DNA of 64,000 bases. Source: Eledone cirrhosa. Its lineage: Eukaryota. A program made the position numbers and the translations under genes. This document shows positions 1-11,100 of the stretch, one piece after another (the first letter of the stretch is position 1; each line of letters opens with the position of its first letter). The DNA is taken from positions 138,942,001 through 139,006,000 of the forward strand of contig OZ024740.1 of assembly GCA_964016885.1 (NCBI GenBank), read 5' to 3'. The notes below the pieces were generated by a model. It saw nothing but the letters and a program-made list of their open reading frames with translations, searched no databases and had not been told where the DNA came from.

Positions 1-30
<30 letters not shown>
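1..30. repeat. (AT)15 microsatellite, truncated by the window start
   Basis: Perfect AT dinucleotide run at 1-30. Confidence 0.97.
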
Positions 31-38
<8 letters not shown>

Positions 39-135
39 TCAGTTATTTAATTTGTTGATTATTCAACAAAGTTAATTTATAACAGCTTAGAAGCACTCGA
101 CACGTTTCTTCTGGAGTATAATATCAATAATATTA

Positions 136-197
136 ATAAATGGAAACTATCTTTATAAAACCATATTTATGGTTTTATAAAGATAGTTTCCATTTAT
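136..197. repeat. Perfect inverted repeat, 30-bp arms with 2-nt spacer
   Basis: 136-165 ATAAATGGAAACTATCTTTATAAAACCATA is the exact reverse complement of 168-197 TATGGTTTTATAAAGATAGTTTCCATTTAT; spacer TT at 166-167. Confidence 0.95.
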
Positions 198-406
198 AAA
201 GAGTTTCCATATATATATAGGAGGGGGTGCTTATGAATGTATGTCTGTGAGTGTCTATGTCTGAATGTATGTATAAAATATGTTTCTGCAAGTAGTTATT
301 TAGGTATCTACATGAAAGTAATCTGAACAATTTTCCTTCCATGTTGACACTCTATCATGTTCTTCTCCTGTACATCATTAGATGTTATATAATAGCAGCG
401 TATGGT

Positions 407-418
407 ACCACCACCACC

Positions 419-502
<84 letters not shown>
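407..502. repeat. Compound (ACC)n-(ACT)n trinucleotide microsatellite
   Basis: About 7 ACC units run directly into about 25 perfect ACT units. Confidence 0.96.
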
Positions 503-555
503 GTGTGTATGTGTGTGTGTGTATATATATATATGTGTGTGTATGTATATATATT

Positions 556-587
<32 letters not shown>

Positions 588-672
588 CACAGATATGTGT
601 GTGTGTGTGTATATATATATATGTGTGTGTGTGTGTATGTGTGTGGGTTTGTGTATGTGTATGTGTTTGTGT
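503..672. repeat. Compound (GT)n/(AT)n dinucleotide microsatellite
   Basis: Alternating GTGT and ATAT tracts with GTAT interruptions. Confidence 0.95.
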
Positions 673-890
673 ATCATTCGTTTTCACCCTGCCCTCATCT
701 ATCTACATTTTGAGCGTCTCACCACATTCCCCAAACGATACTAATGGAGTTACCATATTCTCAGCGAACCGTCTCTCATTGCAATGTCAACGCAGAATTC
801 CTTACCCAAAGCCGTCAGCAAAGGAAGAAAATTGGATAAAACCTCTTTCTCTTGTATCTAATTATTATGGTGGTGGATTGGCAGTATCGG

Positions 891-911
891 TACTACTACT
901 ACCACCACCAT

Positions 912-952
<41 letters not shown>

Positions 953-953
953 T

Positions 954-985
<32 letters not shown>

Positions 986-1028
986 TTACTACTACTACTA
1001 CTACTACTACTAGTACCACCACCATCAC

Positions 1029-1063
<35 letters not shown>

Positions 1064-1064
1064 T

Positions 1065-1116
<52 letters not shown>

Positions 1117-1163
1117 GCTACTACTACTATTACTACTACTACTACTACTACTAGTACCACCAT

Positions 1164-1241
<78 letters not shown>

Positions 1242-1316
1242 CACCATCACAACTACTACTACTACTAGTACCACCACCATCACCACCACCATCACTACTA
1301 CTACCACCACCACCAT

Positions 1317-1360
<44 letters not shown>
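891..1360. repeat. Compound (CTA)n/(CCA)n repeat with recurring CCACCACCATCA punctuation
   Basis: Long CTA runs repeatedly interrupted by (CCA)2-5 TCA, sometimes preceded by CTAGTA (about 1010, 1151, 1266). Confidence 0.95.
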
Positions 1361-1393
1361 TAGCTTTGACGCATTGAGTTACGGCCCTTGCCA

Positions 1394-1510
1394 TTCTGAG
1401 TTCAAATCCCGCCGAGGCTGAATTTGCCTTTCATCCTTACGGGGTCGATAAAATAAAGTACCAGTAATGCACTGGGAGAATTGCTGGCCTTGTGCCAAAA
1501 GTAGAAATAA
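1394..1510 (+). mobile_element. 5'-truncated, internally deleted tRNA-derived SINE (octopus-type)
   Basis: Pol III B-box GTTCAAATCC at 1400-1409, followed by GCCGAGG..TTTGCCTTTCATCCTTACGGGGTCGATAAAATAAAGTACCAGT..CACTGGG and the tail AATTGCTGGCCTTGTGCCAAAA. I recognise this from memory as an abundant Octopus SINE with a Meta/MESC-like conserved core; no search was run. No clear A-box or target-site duplication. Confidence 0.8.
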
Positions 1511-1594
1511 TTCTTATTACCTTCAAGGCTAGTTTACATGGTGGTAGAAGGTGGGATGGCGGTGGGGAGAGATCTAATGAGCTTTACAGTCGTA

Positions 1595-1687
1595 ATCATC
1601 ATCATCATTAACACCATTATCATCGTCATCATCGTCTCCACCGCCACCCTCACTATCACTGTCATCATCATCATCACAACCATCATC
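1595..1687. repeat. Degenerate (ATC)n microsatellite
   Basis: ATCATCATC tracts with frequent substitutions (GTC, ACC, ATT). Confidence 0.85.
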
Positions 1688-1715
1688 CTGAGCACCTTTC
1701 TAGGTTATCAGATTT

Positions 1716-1756
<41 letters not shown>

Positions 1757-2492
1757 CACTACTACCACCACCACTACTACCACAACTACTACCACCACAA
1801 CTACTACCACCACAACTTCTACCACGACAACTACTACCACCACAACTTCTACCACCACGACTACCACCACGACTACTACCACCACTACTACCACCACTAC
1901 TACCACCACCACTACTACCACCACCACTACTACCATCACCACCACCACCACTACTACCACCACCACTACTACTACCACTACTACCACCACCACTACCACC
2001 ACAACTACTACCACCACCACTACAACCACAACTACTTCCTTCACAACTACTACCACCACAACTTCTACCAGGACAACTACTACCACCACTACTACCACCA
2101 CAACTACTACCACCACTACTACCACCACTACTACCACCAATACTACCACCACCACCAATACTACCACCACTACTACCACCACAACTACAATACCGCCACT
2201 ACTACTACCATCACCACCACCACCACTACCACCACTAATACTACCACTGCCACCACTACTACTACTACCACCAGTACCACCACTACCATCACCACTACTA
2301 CCACCACTACTACCACCACCACCACTACTACCACCACTACTACCACCACTACTACCACCATCACCACTACTACCACCACTAGTACCACTACCTCCACTAC
2401 TACCACCACTACTACCACCACCACCACTACTACCACTACCACCACTAATACCACCACCAGTAACACCACCACCACTACTACTCCCATCACCA
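1716..2492. repeat. Compound (CAC)n/(TAC)n low-complexity repeat
   Basis: About 780 bp of CAC/TAC triplets with AAC, TTC, GAC, AAT and AGT interruptions; local 15/30-bp periodicity at about 1770-1870. Confidence 0.95.
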
Positions 2493-2586
2493 ATTATATG
2501 CCTAAGAGAATGGGTTTAACGTTGCTTCCGTTATAGGAAACCTTAAAGTTTTAGCAATAGGAAACGTATTTCCAACGAAGCAGAGA

Positions 2587-2596
2587 GTTCGAATCC
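2587..2596 (+). promoter_or_regulatory. Isolated Pol III B-box-like motif (possible decayed SINE/tRNA head)
   Basis: GTTCGAATCC matches the GTTCRANNC consensus. Only a weak A-box candidate (TAGCAATAGG, 2552-2561) and no cloverleaf seen. Confidence 0.3.
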
Positions 2597-5189
2597 AGGT
2601 TGAAGTGGTGTGGGAGGGGGAAGACAAACGGTGTTTATGTAGACACCTGAGGCCACATATCACAATAAACATCCGTTTACTGTGACTCTTGTTGTTGTTG
2701 TCATTGTTGCTGTTAGTCTTCTTGTTGTTGTCATTGTTGCTGTTAGTCCTGTTGTTGTTGTTGTCATTGTTGTTGTTAGTCCTGTTGTTGTTGTCACTGT
2801 TGTTGTTAGTCTTGTTATTGTGATTGTTGTTGTTAGTCTTGTTGTTGTTCTCATTGTTGTTGTTAGTCTTGTTATTGTGATTGTTGTTGTTAGTCTTGTT
2901 GTTGTTCTCATTGTTGTTGTTAGTCTTGTTGTTGTTGTCATTGTTGTTGTTAGTCTTGTTGTTGTTGTCATTGTTGTTGTTAGCCTTGTTGTTGTTTTCA
3001 TTGTTGTTGTTAGTCTTGTTGTTGTTGTCATTGTTGTTGTTAGTCTTGTTGTTGTTGTCATTGTTGTTGTTAGTCTTGTTGTTGTTGTCATTGTTGTTGT
3101 TAGTCATGTTGTTGTTAGTCTTGTTGTTGTTAGTCTTGTTGTTGTTGTCATTGTTGTTGTTAGTCTTGTTGTTGTTGTCATTGTTGTTGTTAGTCTTGTT
3201 GTTGTTCTCATTGTTGTTGTTAGTCTTGTTGTTGTTGTCATTGTTGTTGTTAGTCTTGTTGTTGTTGTCATTGTTGTTGTTAGTCTTGTTGTTGTTTTCA
3301 TTGTTGTTGTTAGTATTGTTGTTGTTGTCATTGTTGTTGTTAGTCTTGTTGTTGTTGTCATTGTTGCTGTTAGTCTTGTTGTTGTTGTCATTGTTGTTGT
3401 TAGTCTTGTTGTTGTTGTCATTGTTATTGTTAGTCTTGTTGTTGTTGTCATTGTTGTTGTTAGTCATGTTGTTGTTGTCATTGTTGTTGTTAGTCTTGTT
3501 GTTGTTGTCATTGTTGTTGTTAGTCTTGTTGTTGTTTTCATTGTTGTTGTTAGTCTTGTTGTTGTTGTCATTCTTGTTGTTAGTCTTGTTGTTGTTGTCA
3601 TTGTTGCTGTTAGTCTTGTTGTTATTGTGATTGTTGTTGTTAGTCTTGTTGTTGTTGTCATTGTTGTTGTTAGTCTTGTTGTTGTTGTCATTTTTGTTGT
3701 TAGTCTGGTTGTTTTCATTGTTGTTGTTAGTCTTGTTGTTGTTGTCATTGTTGTTGTTAGTCTTGTTGTTGTTGTTAGTATTGTTGTTGTTTTCATTGTT
3801 GTTGTTAGTCTTGTTGTTGTTGTCATTGTTGTTGTTAGTCTTGTTGTTGTTGTCATTGTTGTTGCTAGTCTTGTTGTTGTTGTCATTGTTGTTGTTGTCA
3901 TTGTTGCTGTTAGTCTTGTTGTTGTTGTCATTGTTGTTGTTAGTCTTGTTGTTGTTTTCATTGTTGTTGTTAGTCTTATTGTTGTCATTGTTGTTGTTAG
4001 TCTTGTTGTTGTTGTCATTGTTGTTGTTAGTCTTCTTGTTGTTGTCATTGTTGTTGCTAGTCTTGCTGTTGTTGTCATTGTTGTTGTTAGTCTTGCTTTT
4101 GTTGTCATTGTTGTTGTTAGTCTTGTTGTTGTATTCATTGTTGTTGTTAGTCTTGTTGTTGTTGTCATTGTTGTTGTTAGTCTTGTTGTTGTTGTCATTG
4201 TTGTTGTTAGTCTTGTTGTTGTTGTCATTGTTGTGGTTAGTCTTGTTGTTGTTGTCATTATTGTTGTTAGTCTTGTTATTGTTGTCATTGTTGCTGTTAG
4301 TCTTGTTGTTGTTGTCATTTTTGTTGTTAGTCTGGTTGTTGTCATTGTTGTTGTTAGTCTTGTAGTTGTTGTCATTGTTGTTGTTAGTCTTGTTGTTGTT
4401 GTCATTATTGTTGTTAGTCTTGTTGTTGTTGTCATTGTTGTTGTTAGTCTTGTTGTTGTTGTCATTGTTACTGTTAGTCTTGTTGTTATTGTGATTGTTG
4501 TTGTTAGTCTTGTTGTTGTTGTCATTGTTGCTGTTAGTCTTGTTGTTATTGTGATTGTTGTTGTTAGTCTTGTTGTTGTTGTCATTGTTGTTGTTAGTCT
4601 TGTTGTTGTTGTCATTTTTGTTGTTAGTCTGGTTGTTGTCATTGTTGTTGTTAGTCTTGTAGTTGTTGTCATTGTTGTTGTTAGTCTTGTTATTGTTGTC
4701 ATTGTTGCTGTTAGTCTTGTTGTTGTTGTCATTGTTGTTGTTAGTCTTGTTGTTGTTGTCATTTTTGTTGTTAGTCTGGTTGTTGTCATTGTTGTTGTTA
4801 GTCTTGTAGTTGTTGTCATTGTTGTTGTTAGTCTTGTTATTGTTGTCATTGTTGCTGTTAGTCTTGTTGTTGTCGTCATTGTTGTTGTTAGTCTTGTTGT
4901 TGTTGTCATTGTTGTTGTTAGTCTTGTAGTTGTTGTCATTGTTGTTGTTAGTCTTGTTGTTGTTGTCATTGTTGTTGTTAGTCTTGTTGTTGTTGTCATT
5001 GTTGTTGTTAGTCTTGTTGTTGTTGTCATTGTTGTTGTTAGTCTTGTTTTTGTTAGTCTTGTTGTTGTTTTCATTGTTGTTGTTAGTCTTGTTGTTGTTG
5101 TCATTGTTGTTGTTAGTCTTGTTGTTGTTGTCATTGTTGTTGTTAGTCTTGTTGTTGTCATTGTTGTTGTTAGTCTTGTTGTTGTTGTC

Positions 5190-8100
5190 ATTGTTGTTGT
5201 TAGTCATGTTGTTGTTAGTCTTGTTGTTGTTAGTCTTGTTGTTGTTGTCATTGTTGTTGTTAGTCTTGTTGTTGTTGTCATTGTTGTTGTTAGTCTTGTT
5301 GTTGTTGTCATTGTTGTTGTTAGTCTTGTTGTTGTTGTCATTGTTGTTGTTAGTCTTGTTGTTGTTGTCATTGTTGTAGTTAGTCTTGTTGTTGTCATTG
5401 TTGTTGTTAGTCTTGTTGTTGTTGTCATTGTTGTTGTTAGTCTTGTTGTTGTTGTCATTGTTGTTGTTAGTCTTGTTGTTGTTGTCATTGTTGATGTTAA
5501 TCTTGTTATTGTTGTCATTGTTGCTGTTAGTCTTGTTGTTGTTGTCATTGTTGTTGTTAGTCTTGTTGTTGTTGTCATTGTTGTTGTTAGTCTTGTTGTT
5601 GTTGTCATTGTTGTTGTTAGTCTTGTTGTTGTTGTCATTGTTGTTGTTAGTCTTGTTGTTGTTGTCATTGTTGTGGTTAGTCTTGTTGTTGTTGTCATTG
5701 TTGTTGTTAGTCTTGTTATTGTTGTCATTGTTGTTGTTAGTCTTGTTGTTGTTGTCATTGTTGTTGTTAGTCTTGATGTTGTTGTCATTGTTGTTGTTAG
5801 TCTTGTTGTTGTTGTCATTGTTGTTGTTAGTCTTGTTTTTGTTAGTCTTGTTGTTGTTTTCATTGTTGTTGTTTTCATTGTTGTTGTTAGTCTTGTTGTT
5901 GTTGTCATTGTTGTTGTTAGTCTTGTTGTTGTTGTCATTGTTGTTGTTAGTCTTGTTGTTGTTGTCATTGTTGTTGTTAGTCTTGTTTTGTTAGACTTGT
6001 TGTTGTATTCATTGTTGTTGTTAGTCTTGTTGTTGTTGTCATTGTTGTTGTTAGTCTTGTTGTTGTTGTCATTGTTGTTGTTAGTCTTGTTGTTGTTGTC
6101 ATTGTTGTTGTTACTCTTGTTGTTGTTGTCATTGTTGTTGTTAGTCTTGTTGTTGTTGTCATTGTTGTTGTTAGTCTTGTTGTTGTTGTCATTGTTGTTG
6201 TTAGTCTTGTTGTTGTTGTCATTGTTGTTGTTAGTCTTGTTGTTGTTGTCATTGTTGTTGTTAGTCTTGTTGTTGTTGTTAGTCTTGTTGTTGTTAGTCT
6301 TGTTGTTGTTCTCATTGTTGTTGTTAGTCTTGTTGTTGTTGTCATTGTTGATGTTAGTCTTGTTATTGTTGTCATTGTTGCTGTTAGTCTTGTTGTTGTT
6401 GTCATTGTTGTTGTTAGTCTTGTTGTTGTTGTCATTGTTGTTGTTAGTCTTGTTGTTGTTGTCATTGTTGTTGTTAGTCTTGTTGTTGTTGTCATTGTTG
6501 TTGTTAGTCTTGTTGTTGTTGTCATTGTTGTGGTTAGTCTTGTTGTTGTTGTCATTGTTGTTGTTAGTCTTGTTATTTTTGTCATTGTTGCTGTTAGTCT
6601 TGTTGTTGTCATTGTTGTTGTTAGTCTTGTTGTTGTTGTCATTGTTGTTGTTAGTCTTGTTGTTGTTGTCATTATTGTTGTTAGTCTGGTTGTTGTCATT
6701 GTTGTTGTTAGTCTTGTAGTTGTTGTCATTGTTGTTGTTAGTCTTGTAGTTGTTGTCATTGTTGTTGTTAGTCTTGTTGTTGTTGTCATTGTTGTTGTTA
6801 GTCTTGTAGTTGTTGTCATTGTTGTTGTTACTCTTGTAGTTGTTGTCATTGTTGTTATTAGTCTTGTTGTTGTTGTCATTGTTGTTGTTAGTCTTGTTTT
6901 TGTTGTCATTGTTACTGTTAGTCTTGTTGTTATTGTGATTGTTGTTGTTAGTCTTGTTGTTGTTGTCATTGTTGTTGTTAATCTTGTTGTTGTTGTCATT
7001 GTTGTTGTTAGTCTTATTGTTGTTGTCATTGTTGTTGTTAGTCTTGTTGTTGTTGTCATTGTTGTTGTTAGTCTTGTTGTTGTTGTCATTGTTGTTGTTA
7101 GTCTTGTTGTTGTTGTCATTGTTGTTGTTAGTCTTGTTGTTGTCATTATTGTGGTTAGTCTTGTTGTCATTGTTGTTGTTAGTCTTGTTGTTGTTGTCAT
7201 TGTTGTTGTTAGTCTTGTTGTTGTTGTCATTGTTGTTGTTGTTAGTATTGTTGTTACTCTTGTTGTTGTTGTCATTGTTGTTGTTAGACTTGTTGTTGTT
7301 GTCATTGTTGTTGTTAGTCTTGTTGTTGTTGTCATTATTGTTGTTACTCTTGTTGTTGTTGTCATTGTTGTTGTTAGTCTTGTTGTTGTTGTCATTGTTA
7401 CTGTTAGTCTTGTTGTTGTCATTTTTATTGTTAGTCTGGTTGTTGTCATTGTTGTTGTTAGTTTTGTAGTTGTTGTCATTGTTGTTGTTAGTCTTGTTAT
7501 TGTTGTCATTGTTGCTGTTAGTCTTGTTGTTGTTGTCATTGTTGTTGTTATTCTTGTTCTTGTTGTCATTGTTGTGGTTAGTCTTGTTGTTGTTGTCATT
7601 GTTGTTGTTAGTCTTGTTGTTGTTGTTAGTATTGTTGTTGTTGTTATTGTTGTTGTTAATCTTCTTGTTGTTGTCATTGTTGCTGTTAGACTTCTTGTTG
7701 TTGTCATTGTTGTTGTTAGTCTTGTTGTTGTTTTCATTGTTGTTGTTAGTCTTGTTGTTGTTGTCATTGTTGTTGTTAGTCTTGTTGTTGTTGTCATTGT
7801 TGTTATTAGTCTTGTTGTTGTCATTGTTGTTGTTAGTCTTGTTGTCATTGTTGTTGTTAGTCTTGTTGTTGTTAGTCTTGTTGTTGTTTTCATTGTTGTT
7901 GTTGACATTGTTGTTGTTAGATATGTTGTTGTTGTTATTATTGTTGTTAGTCTTGTTGTTGTTGTCATTGTTGTTGTTAGTCTTGTTGTTGTTGTCATTG
8001 TTGTTGTTAGTCTTGTTTTTGTTAGTCTTGTTGTTGTTTTCATTGTTGTTGTTTTCATTGTTGTTGTTAGTCTTGTTGTTGTTGTCATTGTTGTTGTTAG

Positions 8101-11100
8101 TCTTGTTGTTGTTGTCATTGTTGTTGTTAGTCTTGTTGTTGTTGTCATTGTTGTTGTTAGTCTTGTTGTTGTTGTCATTGTTGTTGTTAGTCTTGTTGTT
8201 GTTGTTAGTCTTGTTGTTGTTAGTCTTGTTGTTGTTCTCATTGTTGTTGTTAGTCTTGTTGTTGTTGTCATTGTTGATGTTAGACTTGTTATTGTTGTCA
8301 TTGTTGCTGTTAGTCTTGTTGTTGTTGTCATTGTTGTTGTTAGTCTTGTTGTTGTTGTCATTGTTGTTGTTAGTCTTGTTGTTGTTGTCATTGTTGTTGT
8401 TAGTCTTGTTGTTGTTGTTAGTCTTGTTGTTGTTAGTCTTGTTGTTGTTCTCATTGTTGTTGTTAGTCTTGTTGTTGTTGTCATTGTTGATGTTAGACTT
8501 GTTATTGTTGTCATTGTTGCTGTTAGTCTTGTTGTTGTTTTCATTGTTGTTGTTAGTCTTGTTGTTGTTGTCATTGTTGTTGTTAGTCTTGTTGTTGTTG
8601 TCATTGTTGTTGTTAGTCTTGTTGTTGTTGTCATTGTTGTTGTTAGTCATGTTGTTGTTAGTCTTGTTGTTGTTAGTCTTGTTGTTGTTGTCATTGTTGT
8701 TGTTAGTCTTGTTGTTGTTGTCATTGTTGTTGTTAGTCTTGTTGTTGTTGTCATTGTTGTTGTTTGTCTTGTTGTTGTTGTCATTGTTGTTGTTAGTCTT
8801 GTTGTTGTTGTCATTGTTATAGTTAGTCTTGTTGTTGTCATTGTTGTTGTTAGTCTTGTTGTTGTTGTCATTGTTGTTGTTAGTCTTGTTGTTGTTGTCA
8901 TTGTTGTTGTTAGTCTTGTTGTTGTTGTCATTGTTGATGTTAGTCTTGTTATTGTTGTCATTGTTGTTGTTAGTCTTGTTGTTGTTGTCATTGTTGTTGT
9001 TAGTCTTGTTGTTGTTGTCATTGTTGTTGTTAGTCTTGTTGTTGTTGTCATTGTTGTTGTTAGTCTTGTTGTTGTTGTCATTGTTGTTGTTAGTCTTGTT
9101 GTTGTTGTCATTGTTGTGGTTAGTCTTGTTGTTGTTGTCATTGTTGTTGTTAGTCTTGTTATTGTTGTCATTGTTGTTGTTAGTCTTGTTGTTGTTGTCA
9201 TTGTTGTTGTTAGTCTTGTTGTTGTTGTCATTGTTGTTGTTAGTCTTGTTGTTGTTGTCATTGTTGTTGTTAGTCTTGTTTTTGTTAGACTTGTTGTTGT
9301 ATTCATTGTTGTTGTTAGTCTTGTTGTTGTTGTCATTGTTGTTGTTAGTCTTGTTGTTGTTGTCATTGTTGTTGTTAGTCTTGTTGTTGTTGTCATTGTT
9401 GTTGTTACTCTTGTTGTTGTTGTCATTGTTGTTGTTAGTCATGTTGTTGTTAGTCTTGTTGTTGTTAGTCTTGTTGTTGTTGTCATTGTTGTTGTTAGTC
9501 TTGTTGTTGTTGTCATTGTTGTTGTTAGTCTTGTTGTTGTTGTCATTGTTGTTGTTAGTCTTGTTGTTGTTGTCATTGTTGTTGTTAGTCTTGTTGTTGT
9601 TGTCATTGTTGTTGTTAGTCTTGTTGTTGTTGTTAGTCTTCTTGTTGTTAGTCTTGTTGTTGTTCTCATTGTTGTTGTTAGTCTTGTTGTTGTTGTCATT
9701 GTTGATGTTAGTCTTGTTATTGTTGTCATTGTTGCTGTTAGTCTTGTTGTTGTTGTCATTGTTGTTGTTAGTCTTGTTGTTGTTGTCATTGTTGTTGTTA
9801 GTCTTGTTGTTGTTGTCATTGTTGTTGTTAGTCTTGTTGTTGTTGTCATTGTTGTTGTTAGTCTTGTTGTTGTTGTCATTGTTGTGGTTAGTCTTGTTGT
9901 TGTTGTCATTGTTGTTGTTAGTCTTGTTATTTTTGTCATTGTTGCTGTTAGTCTTGTTGTTGTCATTGTTGTTGTTAGTCTTGTTGTTGTTGTCATTGTT
10001 GTTGTTAGTCTTGTTGTTGTTGTCATTATTGTTGTTAGTCTGGTTGTTGTCATTGTTGTTGTTAGTCTTGTAGTTGTTGTCATTGTTGTTGTTAGTCTTG
10101 TAGTTGTTGTCATTGTTGTTGTTAGTCTTGTTGTTGTTGTCATTGTTGTTGTTAGTCTTGTAGTTGTTGTCATTGTTGTTGTTACTCTTGTAGTTGTTGT
10201 CATTGTTGTTATTAGTCTTGTTGTTGTTGTCATTGTTGTTGTTAGTCTTGTTGTTGTTGTCATTGTTACTGTTAGTCTTGTTGTTATTGTGATTGTTGTT
10301 GTTAGTCTTGTTGTTGTTGTCATTGTTGTTGTTAATCTTGTTGTTGTTGTCATTGTTGTTGTTAGTCTTATTGTTGTTGTCATTGTTGTTGTTAGTCTTG
10401 TTGTTGTTGTCATTGTTGTTGTTAGTCTTGTTGTTGTTGTCATTGTTGTTGTTAGTCTTGTTGTTGTTGTCATTGTTGTTGTTAGTCTTGTTGTTGTTGT
10501 CATTGTTGTTGTTAGTCTTGTTGTTGTTGTCATTGTTGTTGTTAGTCTTGTTGTTGTTGTCATTGTTGTTGTTAGTCTTGTTGTTGTTGTTGTCATTGTT
10601 GTTGTTAGTCATGTGGTTGTTAGTCTTGTTGTTGTTAGTCTTGTTGTAGTTTTCATTGTTGTTGTTAGTCTTCTTGTTGTTGTCATTGTTGTTGTTAGTC
10701 TTGTTGTTGTTGTCATTGTTGTTGTTAGTCTTGTTGTTGTTGTCATTGTTGTTGTTAGTCTTGTTGTTGTTGTCATTGTTGTTGTTAGTCTTGTTGTTGT
10801 CATTATTGTGGTTAGTCTTGTTGTCATTGTTGTTGTTAGTCTTGTTGTTGTTGTCATTGTTGTTGTTAGTCTTGTTGTTGTTGTCATTGTTGTTGTTGTT
10901 AGTATTGTTGTTACTCTTGTTGTTGTTGTCATTGTTGTTGTTAGTCTTGTTGTTGTTGTCATTGTTGTTGTTAGTCTTGTTGTTGTTGTCATTATTGTTG
11001 TTACTCTTGTTGTTGTTGTCATTGTTGTTGTTAGTCTTGTTGTTGTTGTCATTGTTACTGTTAGTCTTGTTGTTGTCATTTTTATTGTTAGTCTGGTTGT

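Noticed and set aside
341-1394. ORFs with poly-T, VC/YI, poly-L/P, poly-S/G and poly-V tracts
   Set aside because: They are translations of microsatellites in several frames at once.
1538-2536. His/Tyr-rich then Thr-rich 332-aa ORF resembling a beak/cuticle or mucin protein with a hydrophobic N-terminus
   Set aside because: The hydrophobic part is an (ATC)n repeat, and the HY-to-T change is a phase shift within one CAC/TAC repeat. It lacks the Gly/Ala motifs or chitin-binding domain expected of His-rich structural proteins.
2545-2610. tRNA gene around GTTCGAATCC
   Set aside because: No acceptor, D or anticodon stems could be paired, and the A-box match and spacing are poor.
2664-2669. AATAAA polyadenylation signal upstream of a GU-rich tract
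   Set aside because: A single hexamer in AT-rich DNA with no supported upstream exon; the GU-rich element is simply the satellite.
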